A stretch of 64,000 nt of DNA from Octopus sinensis (taxonomy: Eukaryota), in the NCBI RefSeq assembly GCF_006345805.1, contig NC_042998.1, positions 99,944,001-100,008,000 of the forward strand, read 5' to 3'. The notes below the pieces were generated by a model. That model ran no database searches, had not been told where the DNA came from, and saw only the letters and a list, made by a program, of their open reading frames with translations. The position numbers were made by a program, and so were the translations under genes. Of this stretch, positions 62,364 to 64,000 are shown piece after piece. How positions within the stretch are numbered: the stretch's first letter is position 1; each line of letters opens with the position of its first letter.

Positions 62364-64000
62364 GTAAATTTGACTGTGATGTGTGTGTGTGTGTGTGTGT
62401 ACTGATGCATTATTTTTTCAAATTTCCTTAAATATGTCTTCACACTGCTTCCTTTGTCCTCTTAATGTGTGCTTTCCTTCATTTGGTTGGGAGTAAAACA
62501 GTTGTTTGGACAGCCAATGCTCTGCCATCCTCATAGCATGACCAGCTCATCAAAGTTGATGTTGCTAACCATATATCCACTACAGGAAATATCAGCTTGG
62601 TCAAGCATGCTGACATTTCTCCATCTATTCTGCTGCTTAGTATGCATGATGTTCATCAGACATCTTTGTTGATAATATTTCGAATTTATGAAGATATTAC
62701 CTATAAGGTGACCAGGTTTCAGAACATATAAAACTGTGAATGCAACAACTACACTATGTCCCATATATTTGGTTGTTTGTATCAGAGCATGGTCTTCACA
62801 TATCTTTTCAAACAGTCAAAGATTGCATGAGCACATTTCATCTGGTGTTGAATCTCCTCATCTTTTTCTAAATTCTATGATAGGTAACAGGCCAGATGAG
62901 GAAATGCTCTATATTTTTCACCACTTGTTCTTATACCCAAATAGTTGGACCAGCTTCTTACTTGGCAGGTATTTGTTGATGCAAGACTTTTATTTTATTT
63001 TATCTATTTTGAGAGTTTGACTCATGCTCTCATATTTTTCAATGAAAATACCAGTAACTGTCAATAGTTCTGCTTAAGTCTCATTAACTGCAACATCATC
63101 TGCATACTGGAGTTCAGTTTCCAATGTGACCCATGCCAGCATGGAAAACGGACGTTAAATGATTTATCATCATCATCATCACTTAACATTTGTTTTCCAT
63201 GGGTTGAATGGTTTGACAGGAGCTGGCCAATTGGAGAACTACCCAGGTTCCAGTTGTCTGTTTTAATATGGTTTCTATGGTTGGATGCCCTTCCCAATGC
63301 CAACCACTTTACAGAGTGTACTGGGTACTTTATACGTATAACCAGCTCAGGCATTTTTACATGGCACTGACATGGGTGCTTTTGTGTTGCACTGGCACTG
63401 GTATGGTTGCCCTTACTAGTGCTTTTTCATGACACCTGCACCCGCAAGGTCCTCTCAACTGAGAGAAAGGTGTAGAGGACATGCTTTTATATATGGACAG
63501 CCACAGTTTTACTTAGCTTCACATATCTGCTTAAGCACAGCACACCACCAGAAGTCTCAGTCCCTTGTCATCTCCTCTGTGAAGTCCAACATCTGATTGT
63601 GGGTTCTAATATACCCGCAAGCCAACTAATATCTTTTGAATAAGTCTGGTTCATGGAAACTGCAAGAAACCTCTCATGTGTGTGTGTGTGTGTAACTGTT
63701 GATATTCCATACTTGTCACCACTTGAGTGAAATGGTAAGGTTGACATTCCTTGTTGACATTATGACTAGTTGTTCTGTGCTTTTGAAGACTTGTGGCAAC
63801 TTTTAAAGTCAGATGAAAAAAGCATCTGACTGTAAAACATTATCTCAGAAAACTCACCTGACCCATGCCAGTATGAAAAAGATGTAAACTATTGATGATG
63901 CTCATCATCACAAGCAGAGAGGGAGTACCAGAGGAATGTAGTTAATGTAGTTCTGGTTAGAAAAGATTAGGCTGGTCATTTAGCAGAAGGTTCAATGAAA

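Overview
Eukaryotic, AT-rich, microsatellite- and SINE-dense DNA; the repeat families suggest an octopus (inference). Plus strand: the last four coding exons of CPED1 (1008-9187), a ~21-kb CpG-retaining intergenic block, and the first 21 coding exons of the NMD helicase DHX34 (33684-62363, 853 codons, running off the window). The intergenic block holds a full-length but decayed Tx1-clade LINE (14311-19766, minus) inserted with a 15-bp TSD into the tRNA-like head of a SINE, an intronless ~679-aa ORF with no family I recognise (24710-26749), a 5'-truncated RTE end encoding tandem C2H2 fingers, foldback MITEs with TTAGGG-like cores, and a ~900-bp palindrome. Short TA-flanked elements carrying minimal hammerhead-ribozyme cores (Penelope pLTR/retrozyme-like) occur at ~5.4, 8.8, 24.2 and 61.9 kb. 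No rRNA, true tRNA gene or CRISPR array was seen. Homology calls come from recalled motifs, not database searches.
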